From NCBI GenBank assembly GCA_964187785.1, contig OZ076409.1:6450001-6514000 (forward strand): DNA of 64,000 nucleotides, written 5' to 3'. Numbering within the stretch: the stretch's first letter is position 1; the number at the start of each line of letters is the position of its first letter. Below, piece by piece: positions 1-13,648 of this stretch. The notes under the pieces are model-generated. The model searched no databases. It had not been told where the DNA came from and worked only from the letters and a program-made list of their open reading frames with translations. The position numbers and the translations under genes were made by a program. The DNA comes from Amphiscolops sp. MND2022 (lineage: Eukaryota).

Positions 1-145
1 AGAAAGCTTCCATTATTAGCTTTATTCTTTACTGTACAGCTTGCACAAAAGATTGTCGGGATTTGGGCAATGTGTTTTCTGTAGCGTGTCGACTTTCGCT
101 TTTAATGGTTTTAATACGCCACAATCATTTGGTTTCTTAGAAAGA

Positions 146-736
146 AACAAGACGAGAACGTCTAAAGTCGGCGCTGTATCTAACGATCAAAAAGCCCAAT
201 TCGTTTGAATTTGTAAAAGAGAGGACCCTCTGAGCGTTTTAAAAATCCAGTTTGTTGCAAAATATCAAACACTTGAAGGATGGACCCTTTGGAGACAAAA
301 AAAAATTGAGAATTTTGAAACTGTCTCATGGTTTCAAAAAACTACAAAAGGGTGACTCTCTGCGCTTTTTGAAACTTCAGTTTGCTGTAAAATATCAAAA
401 CACTTGAAGGGGGACCCAACCGTATTGGCGCGCTTTTTCGGATTCTTAAACACCCATTCTGTTGCAAAATATCAAATAAAAAATGAAGGGGGGTCCTTTG
501 AAGGTAGAAAAAAATATCTCGGAAAGAAGTCGCACAGTGCCGAACAAAATTGAAAGAGGGGATCCTTGAGTCTCGTCCGCTTTCGCAAATGGTCGAAAAT
601 GTTTCTGGCTGAAGCAGGTACTCGAACCCGTGATCGCTGGGTTCCCCGTAGACCGCTTAAAGTCTGTCTTAAAAAGTGGTACATACACAAATGAGATCTG
701 TGGTCTGACAAAAAAAGAGAAAAAACTAGCCACTGT
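146..736 (-). mobile_element. Helentron-type non-autonomous repeat (HINE/DINE-like), left part; split by the Bel/Pao insertion, remainder at 7585-7630
   Basis: Starts AACAAG-GACGAGAACGTC(stem)-TAAAGTCGGCGC like the other copies; internal GGGACCC/aaaatatcaaa sub-repeats; terminus resumes after the Bel element (actgtaatagccgggcac...aaagtgccaactagaaa). Confidence 0.6.
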
Positions 737-1899
737 TGTTTCGTAGCAAAGAAACTAAAAGAGAGAGAGCGAAAAAGGACCAGCGAAAGATGTAAAAAAG
801 ATGGGACCGCAAAAAAATTTATAAAAACACGCAATGAAACGATGTTCAAAAAAGAGCAGTGAAAGCGTTGCGCGAAACGAGTGTGTTCAGAAAAACAGGA
901 CTTCAAAAGAGCTGCAATTGGAAAAGTAAGGCAATATCTTATCTTAAACAAAAGACCGCGTGAAAACAAAAGAAAGCTTTGCGATTCTTTGTTGAATCGA
1001 AATCGCCTTTTTGGTGAAGTTTTGTTCGCAAAGATTTCACACTAACTAAGATAAGCTTAGAAATTTATTCTTAGAAATTTGGCCTTTGCTACGCTCGATG
1101 TTGATGTGAGGTCAACTTAGCCGTTCGAAGAGAACCCAACACTAGAACAACTCAGTACTGTCCATATCTTTTGAAAGTTATGGGTTCCCGCTGTGAGTGA
1201 ACGGTGTTTCCTCAATGTTTGCAGTGAAAGTTCTCTTCTTTTAGAGTCGCAAGCGAAGGGGGAAAGTGGGGAAGGAGTCTTAAGCGAGCAAATCCCGATG
1301 CTCGATTTGCTTTCAGAAGGTTCACTTTTTGATCAGAGATCAGTGAAAGTTCTGTGTTTCCTTCAATTGTGAGTCCGACGAAGGAAGGGAAGCAGTAACC
1401 AAGATCTTCAGAGAAGCATAGGTTTCTACTGTGAAACACTAGGCCGTGTGGCAAGTTTAAATTGAAAAAGATGACGAGATCATTACAGTTTCCAAACATA
1501 AAGCCGACAATTTACATTTAATATATTGAAGAAGAATGATGAAGAACTCAAAGTATGAAGTGTTATTTACAGAACAAGAGAAAAACAAGTCGAACAAATT
1601 AGGTTCGAAACAAGGCAATGATTATTAAACAACAAAGTATTGGATTGTTTGTGAATAAAGGCATTTTCATAGTTTGAACAGTTTCAAGATTGCATTATGC
1701 TAATTTTTCCTTCAGCTGTGAAATGCATTAGCGATTGCATCAGCCAATTGAATGAACGCCATGTTGATACACAAAAATCACTTCGGTCGGCCATGTTGAT
1801 TATGCAAAGTTCACCGTGACAAAAACGGCCATGTTGATGCAACAAAGTTCCCCGTGACCAAAACGGCCATGTTGATGCACCAAAGCTCACGATGAGACA
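737..1899 (-). repeat. 3' LTR of Bel/Pao element
   Basis: Aligns end to end with 6422-7584; preceded (minus strand) by purine-rich AAAGCGGCCGGGA; contains ~38-bp GCCATGTTGAT...AAAGTTCACCGTGAC tandem repeats at ~1758-1890. Confidence 0.9.
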
Positions 1900-1904
1900 T
1901 CCCG

Positions 1905-4900
1905 GCCGCTTTAAACAAGACTGCTTGTTCAATTTTCGTCCTGAGTAGAAAGACGTCGCAATTTCACCACAGGTCGAAGAAAACATCCGCCATTTCGAAA
2001 TATTGACAGCACTCTGACCACGTTATCGTTGCCTTGTAACTTGACAGTTTTTGCCATGGGCCAGTTGGCTGGGTTACGGTGTTCTGTTACCAGGACCACG
2101 ACGTTGAATTTGAAGATCTCTGAACTGCTGTTGAACCATTTTGTTCGAAGTTGGAGATTCGCAATTTATTTTATTTGCCAACGTCGCCAGAAGGTGTGTA
2201 CGAGCTTCTGAACAAGTTCCCAGTGTTTTGTTTGGCCCAGCATGTTGTTTGTGCAGTCATCTGGAAAAACCAGAAGTGGTGCCCCAGTCAAGAAGTGGCC
2301 TGGCGTCAACGTGTTTGAGACCCTGGGATCTGTTAAGAGCTGACAGAGGGAAGGAGGGAAGGCGAATTAAGACGAGCTTCTATTTGGCAAAAAACCGTGT
2401 TTAATTCCTGTAGACTAAGTGGCGTGCTACTAACGATCTTACGCAAGTCTGTTTTAGGTGATTCGACGCCAGCTTCCCACAAGCCACCGAAGTGCGGCGG
2501 TGAAGGTGGAATGAAATTCCACGTACACGTTTTTTCGGCGACGAAGTTTTTCACATTTTTTGTGTTTACAAGTTTCAGAAGCTTACGAAGTTCGCTGGGA
2601 GCACCTACGAAGTTCGTCCCGTTGTCGGAGAAAAAGTCGGTCGGAAGGCCGCGTCGAGCAATGAAGCGTCGAAGACCAGCAAGATAATAAGGCGTTGAGA
2701 GCGAAGTGACAATTTCGAGGTGAATTGCTTTTGTGGCGAAGCAAACGAATAGGCAAACTTTTCCGGGTTTGTTTGCGCGTTTTGAGTTTTTAAGTTCAAA
2801 AGGACCCGCAAAATCAACACCAACATGAGTGAACAGTTTGCTCGGTTTAACACGTTCTAACATCGCCCATTATAGGTGGTTTTTTCTGTCGCGTATATCG
2901 AACACAGACCACGCAATTGAGTATGACCTTTTGAACTAGGTCAAGAAAGTTCAAAATCCAAAAAAAAACTGACGAAGATGGGCATTTGTTAGGTCCATCG
3001 AACCATGTAAGGTTCGAAGATGAGCGTTTTTCACAAGTAGATATCAAAGATAAGAATCGTTACTCGAAATGATAGGATTTTTTGTGACGTCGGTTAACTC
3101 TAAGTTTTTTTGTCGGCCGCCAACAGCGACTAAACCGTCGTTATTCAAAAGGCTGAGAGTTTTAAAAATCTAGATTTTGAAGGAAGTGATTTGCCGTTCC
3201 GAAGGTATGAAATTTCAGGAGTTGAGTCGGACCATGCAAATACGGAATCGATTTTCAAAATAGGATTTAGTGTTGCGAGAAAGACTCCACATAGCGTTGA
3301 GCCAAGCAGAGCTGCGCAGAGTTCCAGTCTGTGTACCGAAATGGTTTTCTTAGGAGCGACGCCCGTCTTATAGCAAAGCATGTGCGAGTGCAAATCATCG
3401 GAATTTTTTTGAAACAATGTATGCTACACTAGCATATGCGAATTCTGCAGAGTCGCAAAAATTGTGCAAATCTGCTGCTTCAAAATTTTCGCGAAGAATG
3501 CGACGAGGAATATTCAAGATATTCAAATTACAAAGAAATTCGCGAAAAATTAGCCACGTTTTTATCAAAGATTCGGGAAGCAAATCATCCCAACCGAGTT
3601 TTAGGCGCCAAGATTCTTGAATGAAAATTTAGCCTTGGCGCGAACAATTAGCCACGTTTTTATCAAAGATTCGGGGAGCAAATCATCCAAACCGAGTTTT
3701 ATGCGCCAAGATTCTTGAGAGAAACATTTCAATATAATTACGACTGGGGCGAGGAGCCCAAGAGGATCGAAAATGCGAGAGGAGTTGGACAAAAAAATTC
3801 GTTTTGTTAGCGATTGTTGCGGAAGGTTGAAAGCTTTGAAAAAGAAAAAATCTTTGCGCGGGTTCCAATGAACGCCTAGCTTTTCAACTGCTCTTTTGGC
3901 ATTTGTCAAAGCGGAGACTCTCAGTTTCGTGAAGAGAACCTGGAATGGAGTCCAGGACTTCCATGGAGTTCAAGGACCTGTTCCGAATTTCAAAATATGA
4001 TTTTTTTGGACATTCGAAAACCCTTTCGAAAATTTCTATACCTTCGGAAACACTGTCGGCGCCAGTTACTAAGTCGTCTACGTAAAAATCGCGTTCTATG
4101 ATTGATGAGGCAATTTCATCAAAATTAACCCTCGCGGCTTCAAAAGGTGAGCGAATAGAGTGAAAAGAAGAAGTGGCGATACCGTAAGTCATCCTCGTCA
4201 TAGGAAAGTGTTTTATCACATCGTTTGCATTCCATCGCCACACAATGCGATGGAAGTCTTTAGCAAACTTTTCTAGGGCAATTTGCCGACACAATTTAGT
4301 AGTGTTTTCTGAAGCGAAGTAGAATTTCGAAAAGGTCGTCCTGAATTTTAGGGCTGACCAACAGAGAATTGCTTAAAGAGATAATTTGCTTTTTTGCGGA
4401 GCCGTCAAAAACAACTCTAGTTTTGGTTGTAGTGTGCTACTTTGTTTGAAGACAGCGTGATGAGGAAGATAGGCGACGTGACCGGGAAAATGCACAAGTT
4501 CATCTTCTGGACCTATGTGAACAAAGTCTTTGATGAAGGCGCAATAGTCGTTTTTCAGGAGGTCATTTTTGAGAAAACGTTTCTCCAAAAGTGTGAAGCG
4601 GCGAGACGCCGTTGAAAGCGTGATGTCGAGTTAAGTAGCAGTTTCGTTTTTTAACGGCAGTTCCACTTGAAATTTGCTATCTGCAAGCCGCTTAGTAGTT
4701 TCAACGAAGTGCTTTTCACAAGCAATTTCCTCTGCGGAATGTTTTTAAATTTTTATACTTCTAATTGAAAGAGAATCACTATCTTGCTGAAATTTTGCTT
4801 CAAGTTCGATGTGATTGTATATATCTGCCCAAAAGCAAGTCGATCCAACTGGGAATATTAAAATTTGGATCAGTTGATTTGACGTTTTTCAAACTACACT

Positions 4901-6394
4901 AGTCTCTCGTCGGAAAATAGGCAATTGGAAGAGCGTTCGTTATTTTAGTCAAGACAGCGCATTTAACTTTGAGATCGCAACCTTGGCCTAGCGTCAAGTC
5001 AACTGAAACGTTTGATTGCGCTAAGTTTTCAACTCCGACGCCTTGAATTTTAAAGTTACGCTTTCGGCTTTTCAAATTCAAATGCTGAAGACAGACTTCA
5101 GTAATGAAGCTACTTTCGGCTCCAGAATCAAGAAGAGCGCGACAAAAAACAAGTTCGTTCTGACCGTTCAAAACAGGCACGAGTGCTGTAGCGAGAATCG
5201 TTTGACTCTTTGAGTAGCGTAACTGAAGTTGGATCAGCCGAGCTGATTACTGCGGTTGATTCACCATGAATCAACGAATGATGCCGTTTTTTGCGATGTC
5301 GACATGCGAAGCACTTGTGCAGTTTCGGCTTTGATGAACGTGCGAAAGACAATTGCAACAAAAATGGTTTGTTTTGACGAACTCCTTTGTTTTGCCAATT
5401 GATGAAGTAATGAATTTTTGAAAAGCGTAAATTTCGTGCGTATCCTTACAGAACGGGCATTTATCATGGGCTGCTACATGAGCAACGAGCAATTTTTGCG
5501 TTTTAAGCGTCTGAATATTCCAAAAGGCAGGCTCAAGAGCCGTTGCTCTATTTTCAACAAACGTTTTCAAGTCGCTATAGGTTGGAAGATCCGTGCCTGA
5601 GTTCTCAGAAGCGTGTTGCTCCCAATCTTTTCTAGTTACAGTGTCAAGGCGTTCCATGACTAAGTAAATTAGGATAGGATCCCAAGATTTGGCGCCAATG
5701 CCAGGATTTTGAAGACACGAATTGTTTTTGTCCGTTGTTTTGATCAATTTTCTCAATCGCGTAGGGTTCTCGTTTTTGATTGCGTTCAAACATACAATGC
5801 TTTCGTAGCGCTTCCGCAAAATGTTCAACGCGACACCATAGTTTGTATTTGTGATCGTCGGCGAATTTATTAAACGATGAGGTTGTTCCTTCGCAGATGT
5901 TTTTAGGTACTGTAGCTTTTGAGCATCGGACAATGACAATGTTGTCTTTGAATCGACTGAGGCCGTGAAAAGATCAATGAACGACATCCATTCGATGTAG
6001 CTTCCAGAAATCTAAGCAGATCGAATTTCGGTAATTTGACGGATTTTTCGGCAACACTAGAGGCTGCAAAAGAAGAACTAGGACCCGAAGGTGCCACTTC
6101 TCGAATTTAGCTGTGGTGTTATAAATTTTCTTTTTCCGGCATCGCACATGTCTTCAAACCTTCCGTAGTGAGCAGATTTTTCATCCATGTCCACATCTAG
6201 TGTCATCACTTCATCTTGAACATTCGCGAATTCGGCGAAAGCGAGCGCTAGACGTTCTTGTAGAGATGCTGCGTCAGCCTGATCGAAAGTTACGTCTTTT
6301 ACCGACCTTGAGATCTTAGCACAAACGCGTTAATTTTTTGTTTCAGCTACCGAGCGTTTTTTGAGAAGCGTTTCAAGTTTTGAGAACTTAGTCA
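1905..6394 (-). pseudogene. Bel/Pao gag-pol polyprotein, multiply frameshifted
   Basis: Gag (LPKFD..FIDLF..QKLQYLK, 5271-6097) and Cys/His knuckles; protease RALLDSGAESSFIT (4899-5180); RT DFYVDD (3884-4294); Pao RNase H FCDSAEFAYASVAY and LELCAALL..AWSDS (3145-3583); integrase VGVDFAGPF..SDNGTNF..GGLWEAGV (2333-2863). Confidence 0.92.
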
Positions 6395-6421
6395 TTTTGC
6401 AATCCGTGTTGGCGGAGCAGA

Positions 6422-7584
6422 TGTTTCGTAGCGAAGAAACTGAATGGGAGAGCGAAAAAGGACGGCGGACCAGCGAAAGTTGGAAAAAAGATGGGACCGC
6501 AAAAAACATACAAAAATCAAGCGTTGAAACGATGTTAAAAAAAGAGCAATGAAAGAGTTGCGCGGAACGAGTGTGTTCAGAAAAACAGGAGCTCAAAAGA
6601 GCTGCAGTTGGAAAAGTAAGGTATTGTCTTATCTTAGACAAAAGACCGCGTGAAAACAAAAGAAAGCTTCGCAATTCTTCGTTGAATCGAAACCGCTTTT
6701 TGGTGAAATTTTGCTCACAAAGATTTCACACTAACAAAGATAAGCTTAGAAACTTAGTCTTAGAAATTAGGCCATAGCTACGCTCGATGTTGATGTGAGG
6801 TCAACTTAGCCGTTCGAAGAGAACCAAACACTAGAACCACTCAGTACTGTCCATATCTTTTGAAAGTTATGGGTTCCCGCTGTGAGTGAACGGTGTTTCC
6901 TCAATGTTTGCAGTGAAGGTTCTCTTCTCTTAGAGTTGCAAGCGAAGGGGGAAAGTGGGAAAGGAGTCTTAAGCGAGCAAATCCCGATGCTTGATTTGCT
7001 TTCAGAAGGTTCACTTTTTGATCAGAGATCAGTGAAAATTCTGTGTTTCCTTGAATTGTGAGTTCAACTAAGGAAGGGAAGCAGCAGCCAAGAACTTCAG
7101 AGAAGCATAGGTTTCTACTCTGAAAAACTAGGCCGTGTGGCAAGTTTAAATTGGAAATGATGACGAGATCATTACAATTTCCAAACATAAAGGCGACAAT
7201 TTACATTTAATATATTGAAGATGAAGAACTCAAAGTATGAAATGTTTTTTACAGAACAAGAGAAAAACAAGTCGAACAAATTAGGTTCGAAACAATGCAA
7301 TGATTATTAAATAACAAAGGATTGGATTGTTTGTGAATAAAGGCATTTTCATAGTTTGAACAGTTTCTGGATTGCGTTATGCTAATTTTTCCTTCGGCTG
7401 TGAAATTTGCATTAGCGATTGCACCAGCCACTTGAATGAACGCCATTTTGATACAGCAAAGTTCACTTCGGTCGGCCATGTTGATACAGCAAAGTTCACT
7501 GTGACCGAAACGGTCATGTTGATGCAACAAAGTTCACCGTGACCGAAACAGCCATGTTGATGCAACAAAGTTCACCGTGTGACA
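6422..7584 (-). repeat. 5' LTR of Bel/Pao element
   Basis: Diverged direct repeat of 737-1899; ends ...GTGTGACA followed by TSD ACTGT. Confidence 0.9.
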
Positions 7585-7988
7585 ACTGTAATAGCCGGGC
7601 ACATTTTACTAGAAAAGTGCCAACTAGAAACAGGTTCTGGTAGTTTTGATAATATCATGTGTGATTTTTATTGTGATACAAAGAGAGTTTCTCTTCGTTT
7701 CCTGAGATTTCCTTCGTTTTCAGATCGCCGCTGATCACAGTACCATCGTTAAGAGCAAGGATCTTGACAAAGAGGAAATTCAAAAACTTTTCGTTCAAAA
7801 AACTTAAGTCCATCCTTATCCGTCTTTGCATCGCCATATATTGGATTGATTGGATTATCATCACTAGACACTGAAATGCGTCCGAATAAACAAACAGAAA
7901 TTGGTCAATTTGGAACTCAAAAAAGGTTTGTAAACAAAAGCTGGATTGCGCTGATAACAAATTGGAAGACCGTTTGCATGCTTCCTAG

Positions 7989-8759
7989 AATCAGGCCGGG
8001 ATCGCATAAGTCGGCGCCATGTCTAAGGCTCAAAAATAGCAAAAGGATTTCAAAATGTCAAGAAATTTTATATGGTACCCGAAAACCTAAAAGTAGGACC
8101 GAATTGGCACGACTGAATTAGGAGGACCCTATTGGAATGTTCAGTATTTCTGTCGCTAAACATCAAAAACATTGAAGGGGGACCCTTCGAGGACATTGAC
8201 AATTTTTCGGAGCAAGTCTCACAACGCCAAAAAAACTGAAAGGGGGACCCTTTGGGATTTTTCAACGCCCATTCTGTCGCAAAATATCAGAAAAATGGGA
8301 CCCTTTAGTCTCTCTCGGTATTGTATGTTACGCGGAAAAAAAGGAAAAACTTTTTTGGTTCAGTTCCTTGGGCCAAATGCTCCAATTTGAAACCATAAAA
8401 TTTCGTAGAACTTAAAAAAACATTAAATTCCCATCATAAAACATGCCATTTAAGACAGGTAGTGTACACATATGTTTTTAAAAAATTGGAAATGTTTAAA
8501 AAAAACGAAGAGCAAACACACATTATTTAACATCTAGTATCAGGTGCATGTTTAGTAGAATCTGAAATCACGCCAACATTTTTTAACTACTTCTGCGGAA
8601 TATTCAACTTCTCCTGCATATTTGTGGAGATAATAGCTTTTGAGATCCTTCTTCAGTTTCTCATAGTTAACATGTTTTCTAATATCACTAAGAACTATTT
8701 TGGTCAGTTCGTGTGGATTGGAAAAAAAGCACTATAATTCATGAAACGCCGACTGAAAA
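7989..8759 (-). mobile_element. HINE/DINE-like repeat with ~275 bp foreign insert (8413-8689)
   Basis: GCCGGGATCGCATAAGTCGGCGCCATGTCTAAGGCTCAAAAATAGC at one end and AAACGCCGACTGAAAA at the other; shared GGGACCCTTTGGGATTTTTCAAC sub-repeats. Confidence 0.65.
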
Positions 8760-8989
8760 TGCTACGGTTACTAAACGCCTGAAACAGCGACAGAAAAATA
8801 ATATGTACCTAATCCTATACGTGAGATTGGAAAATTATTACGTAATCTCAGAGAAAATTGTGTATGTTTATTCGACTTAGAAACAAAAAAATATGATAGA
8901 AGAATCCGCGTGAAGAATTATAAAAAAGACTAAAACAATTGGCTACTTCCGAACTCCACTATGCTCCAATTTTTAGATGTTAGTGGTAC

Positions 8990-9581
8990 TTTTTAGTCGG
9001 CGTTTTTCTTTAAAAAACAACCACAGTAAACGCTTTTCGGCATGAAGTGAAACGCGACTATTTTAGTGAGTTTTTTTCAATCTACACGAATTAACCAAAA
9101 TGGTTCTACTTCTTACCTAAAAGTTCTACAAAATTTTATGGTCCCAAATTGTATCATTTGGCCTAGCGAACTGATCCAAAAAAGTTTTCCTCTTTTTCCG
9201 CGTAACATACGATACCGGGAGAGACGAAAGTGTCCCCCTTCAATTTTTTGATTTAATGTGACACAATGGATGTTGAAAGATCCCAAAGGGTCCCCCCTTT
9301 CGCTTTTTAGGCATTGTGAGACTTTTTTCGGAAAACAAAATTTCACCAAAGTGTCCGTTCCCCTTCAATTTTTTGATGTTTTGCAACGATGGATGTTAAA
9401 AATGGAAACGGAACCCTCTTTTAGCGCGCCGGCAGCCCGTTAGCGTGCCCCGGCACGCCAATTCAGTCCAACTTATTGGGTTTTTTAGGTACTGTAGAAG
9501 AAAATACTTTGACACTTTGAAGTCCTTTTGCTATTTTTGAATCTTAAATATGGCACCAACTTGGGCCGGTCCCGGCTTGTT
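8990..9581 (+). mobile_element. HINE/DINE-like repeat
   Basis: 5' TTTTTAGTCGGCG; 3' ATATGGCACCAACTTGGGCCGGTCCCGGCTTGTT (subterminal IR + stem-loop + CTTGTT). Confidence 0.7.
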
Positions 9582-10334
9582 TTCGATACACCTGATCTGT
9601 CCAAAATAGTTCTACCATACGTTCTTCAACGTTTCAAGTAACTTCTCACTGCCACTTTGCCTAGTGGTTAACGAGGATTTACTGCAGTTTCAGAAGCAGG
9701 GTACCTGAATTCGAGTCTCGTACTGAAAACTTTTTATGTTTGCAAAAGTAGGGGGAGACCAAGGCCCCTTTATAGTTTTCCAAACCTAAACTCCCTCTCT
9801 CGACTTTCAGCAGAAACAACGCGTTTTGAGAGCATAAATTGCCATTTTCAGTTTTTCGGCACTCTGTTACTTACCGAAGTAATTTTTTGAGGCTTTATGT
9901 ATCAGAAACGGTTTCTCGAGCCTTGAGGGTGACCTCTTTGTTAATTTTTGATCCAGTGGAACTGATGAATATTCCTAATGATTGTGGAAAAGACCTTTTT
10001 CGGCTCTGTGTGTCTTTTTTCCGAAACTTTCATCTGGTCAAATGGTAACCCCTCACTTTCATAGGTAATTGCGGCTTTAGAAAAAGCTTTGAGAGCTGAA
10101 AGTTCCTTTTTTGGCACTATCAAACTTTTCAGAAATTGAAAAAAATTCCAAGAATGGATTTTTCATGTTTACAAATTGGGAGAAAGGTTTTTCCAAGTCT
10201 TATGTGTTTCCCTTGGGGTATTTTTCAACACTGAGAAAGTAATAAAAGCCTAAAATAGTGTCCTTTGTATATTTGAGAAACATGCTTTTTTTGAAACTTG
10301 AGCGGGTCTTCGACTTGGGCTGGTCCGGCTTGTT
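9582..10334 (+). mobile_element. HINE/DINE-like repeat (related subfamily), abutting the previous copy
   Basis: Begins with internal motif TTCGATACACCTGA..AAAATAGTTCTACC (also at ~19665 and ~60012); ends CGACTTGGGCTGGTCCGGCTTGTT. Confidence 0.55.
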
Positions 10335-10865
10335 TTCTTCTGTTTTCAACCCTCTCGAAGTGTTCATTTATACCAAGCACTAATTTTTTTAAACAAAAAT
10401 CCTTCAAAAATTAAATTGTATTGTTCGTTGAAGTCCTCCCAATCAACTTTTGACAAATTTATTTGCAAAAAAAAAACAGTTTTGAGGGTTATTCATTATG
10501 CTGTTTTGGAACTGTGGGATTTTTTTGAACTTTTTTCTCAAGGGCCATTTTGTTTTTTAAAAATATTTTTGGATCAAAAAAGTATTTTTTGGTTTGGGTT
10601 TTTTGCGATTTTGATGTGTGACTGTTTTTGAAAAATTCCAGGTTTCAAAATGGGTCCAACGTGTTTCTTTATTATATTTGGTTCGCAAAAGTGTTTTTCA
10701 GCCCAATGGGGCTCTCTTTGTGTTTTTAGTGCGACTTTTTGGGGAAAGTTCTTATTTCAGAGAAAAGTTCTCGCTTTGTTTGTATTTCAAGTGGAAGAAG
10801 AAGCAGAAACGTTTTGATTTTCTGATGTTTCTGGTGAGAATATGTTTAAAAGCCCTTTTAAGCCC

Positions 10866-12143
10866 TGTGATAATCCTCTTCTATATGAGACTCTCCGTGT
10901 GAATGTATAGTTACGTCTACATCAGGTTCGCTCCGGAATAGAGGTTTTGCAGGATGCTTTAAGTCTTTCATTTTTGAAGCTCTCGGAGGATTATCGTCGT
11001 TTTCTGATTCTGGACTTTTGTTATTAGATGCGCGGACTCCTATAGACCTCTCATTTTTGGATCCCGAAGGTCTTTTTCAATATGACTTCTCTCATGTTTA
11101 TTCTTTTCCCATCTTTGCTCAACGGAAAATAGGTTCTGGCTTTTTGGGAAAGAATTTGAATTGTCTAGCAATATCAAGGAAGTCAAATTAGAGAGTATGA
11201 AGTTGACGGTACGAAGGATTTGCAGTTATGAAAAGAAGTCAATTCGTGAAACGACTGCACTTGATGAAAGTAGTTTTTGTTATGATCCGGGTTTTTAAAT
11301 TACAGCAAAATAGCTCCAAAAATGATATCATGACACTCCTTTTTCCTGAAGTCATTCCTCAGAAAATACAATAATAGAATTACGTCAAATAACGTCATAC
11401 TATATATATCCTAAATTTAATTGCAAGATACTCCAAACACGAATACAAATGGAGAAGCGAAAGATAGAACCCTAGAAATAGCACTAAATATCATATGAAA
11501 TGTCTTTCAAAAGTTATCCAATAGCAGAGAATCACGTAGTTTTTTTTATAGCTAGTCCAGGTAAAAACGCATAATGACGAAGATACGTCACTGCTCGAAT
11601 CGCAGGATGCCGCATACTCTTCGTCTGTAATCCGCATACTGCCGCATACTCGTTTTTACTCGATCCGCATACTGCCGCATACTGCCGCATACTCTTCATC
11701 TGTAATCCGCATACTGCCGCATACTCGTCTTTACTCGATCCGCATACTGCCGTATAGTCATCACACCTCGATCCGCGTAGTGACGTATAGTCGTCACACC
11801 TCGATCCGCATAGTGACGTATAGTTTGTTCAAGTTCAACATATTAGCATAAATTTAGCTCTAACAAACTGTGTGAACAAAAATTATGAGTCAGATCAGTA
11901 TCTAATGATGAATGAAACTTACGCTTCTAATACTTCAAATGTATAACAATGTAAAACAGAACTCAGTTTGAAAAAAAGAACAACAAATATGAAATTAGAT
12001 GACTAATTTATGATGTTAGGGGGATTAGTTTATAGTCCTTGTTGAACAAGTAGAGTTGATAATCTGCTAAAAATCGGGTTTGGCAGTTTCTAGTTTCCTT
12101 ACGAATTGCCCCATGGCTTCAACACAACAGTGGGGTTGTGACA
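10866..12143 (-). repeat. 3' LTR of deleted LTR element
   Basis: Direct repeat of 13543-14803; contains (T)CCGCATACT(G) tandem repeats at ~11605-11822. Confidence 0.85.
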
Positions 12144-13288
12144 GTCCCGTACTTTCAAAGGAAAATAGAGCTGCCACAAACCCATCGACAGAGGATCTGG
12201 ACCTTACATTCCTGTCCCAGACTGTCTCCCCGTCGTAGGTAGTTGAGATGGGACATTTGCCACAGTCCTTCCATTCTTTTACAAGGGTCCCGCACTTGAA
12301 AAGTGCGTTTATAGTTCGATTCGTTCTGATTCTTCATTGAAGTTTAGTATTGAAGTGAATTAATATTATGTAGAGACTTTTCAATCCTGAGGAAATCTGG
12401 CTGAGTTTGGAACTCAAGAAGAAATTTATCGTCATGTGGTTACAAATCACCGACAAGGACGTCACCTGATGAGTTCATTTGGGATTCGTTTAGGTCAATT
12501 CCAATTTCGACAATTTTCTGACACAAATTTTCTATTCCCCGGTTTTGTTTTGGAGTGTTTCGTTTTTTTGACCAGTCATTTATTTTGATGCTAAGCTGGT
12601 CAGGTTAGCATCGGAGAGGTCCTAAAATGTTTCGGACAACATCCACGATTCTTTTGGAGTATTTTCATACTTCCGATTTTGATTTGAAGCAATTTTCAAC
12701 GCTTCGGATTTCTTGTGGGAGCACATTCAAATACTTGCGATATGAAGTAAACTCGTGCTTCCGGATTTCATGTGAAGCATTTTTCAACGCTTCAAGATTT
12801 TTGTGGAAGCACTTTCTAATAGTTGCGGTATGAAGTATGTTCATGCTTCAGGATTTCATTTGTTATTTATGTTTTTGCACAAGAAATGTTTGAGTTGAAT
12901 TCGGTTGAAGTATCGTCAGGACGTTCTCCCACTAGATTTTTTGCTCTCTTTACAAGCTGTATTAGAAATTCCACAATTGTTTGAGTCCAACATATTGTTT
13001 CATCTAATCCGTCAAAACGAAGCAAGGAAAGTCAGAGAAGTTGAATTTGTGTCAGAGTTGTTTTTCAATTTGTAGAAGTTTGAGAAAGTTGGGTTGGAAT
13101 TAGGGCGTAAACATTATTTTTGACGTGTTTTTTATGAATTCTTCTTGCGATGGTTAAATTTGTGGTTTTCTGTTTTTTTTTGCGTTTGTTTATTTGTTGT
13201 TTTTTGGGTTTCTTTTTGGGTTTCAGAAGTAACTAAATCATTATCATGTGTTTGTTGGGTAATTTAATAGACATATTTTGTGTTGAGT

Positions 13289-13648
13289 TCAGTGGTTTGA
13301 TTCACTGGGTTCACCACTGTTTTTTTGAAATGATGAGGGCGGGAGAGTGGTTGTTTTTGCGTGAAACAGTAGTGGATACGAGTTCTTTTTTTCCAGTTTT
13401 TCCATTGCTATAGCAGTTTGATTGACTTGATCGAGTGGTCTTGTTGTCGAATCTGACAAATTTTGGTCTACGTGGGATCCTGTTGTGTGTTTTGGGTTTT
13501 GGAATTTTTGTCTATGGAGTTGTCGGTTGGCTCCTGTCACCATGTGATAATACTCTTCTATATCAGACTCTTCGTCTGAATGTATAGTTACGTTTAGATC
13601 AGGTTCGCTCCGGAAAAGAGGTTTTGCATGATGCTTTAAGTCTTTCAT
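13289..13648 (-). pseudogene. gag-like N-terminal fragment starting inside the 5' LTR
   Basis: 119-aa ORF crossing the LTR/PBS boundary (..EEYYH-MVTGA..), truncated where the interior is deleted. Confidence 0.45.

Larger units (their letters stand above)
737..7584 (-). mobile_element. Bel/Pao LTR retrotransposon, full-length but decayed
   Basis: Direct repeats 737-1899 and 6422-7584 with TG...CA ends; 5-bp TSD ACTGT (732-736, 7585-7589); Pao-type gag, protease, RT, RNase H and integrase fragments on the minus strand. Confidence 0.95.

Noticed and set aside
7655..7960. 101-aa minus-strand ORF between repeats
   Set aside because: No recognisable domain or supporting exons.
11605..11822. CRISPR-like short repeats (also 14275-14482, 1758-1890, 16765-16972)
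   Set aside because: No unique spacers, no cas genes, eukaryotic context; these are LTR-internal or 3'UTR minisatellites.
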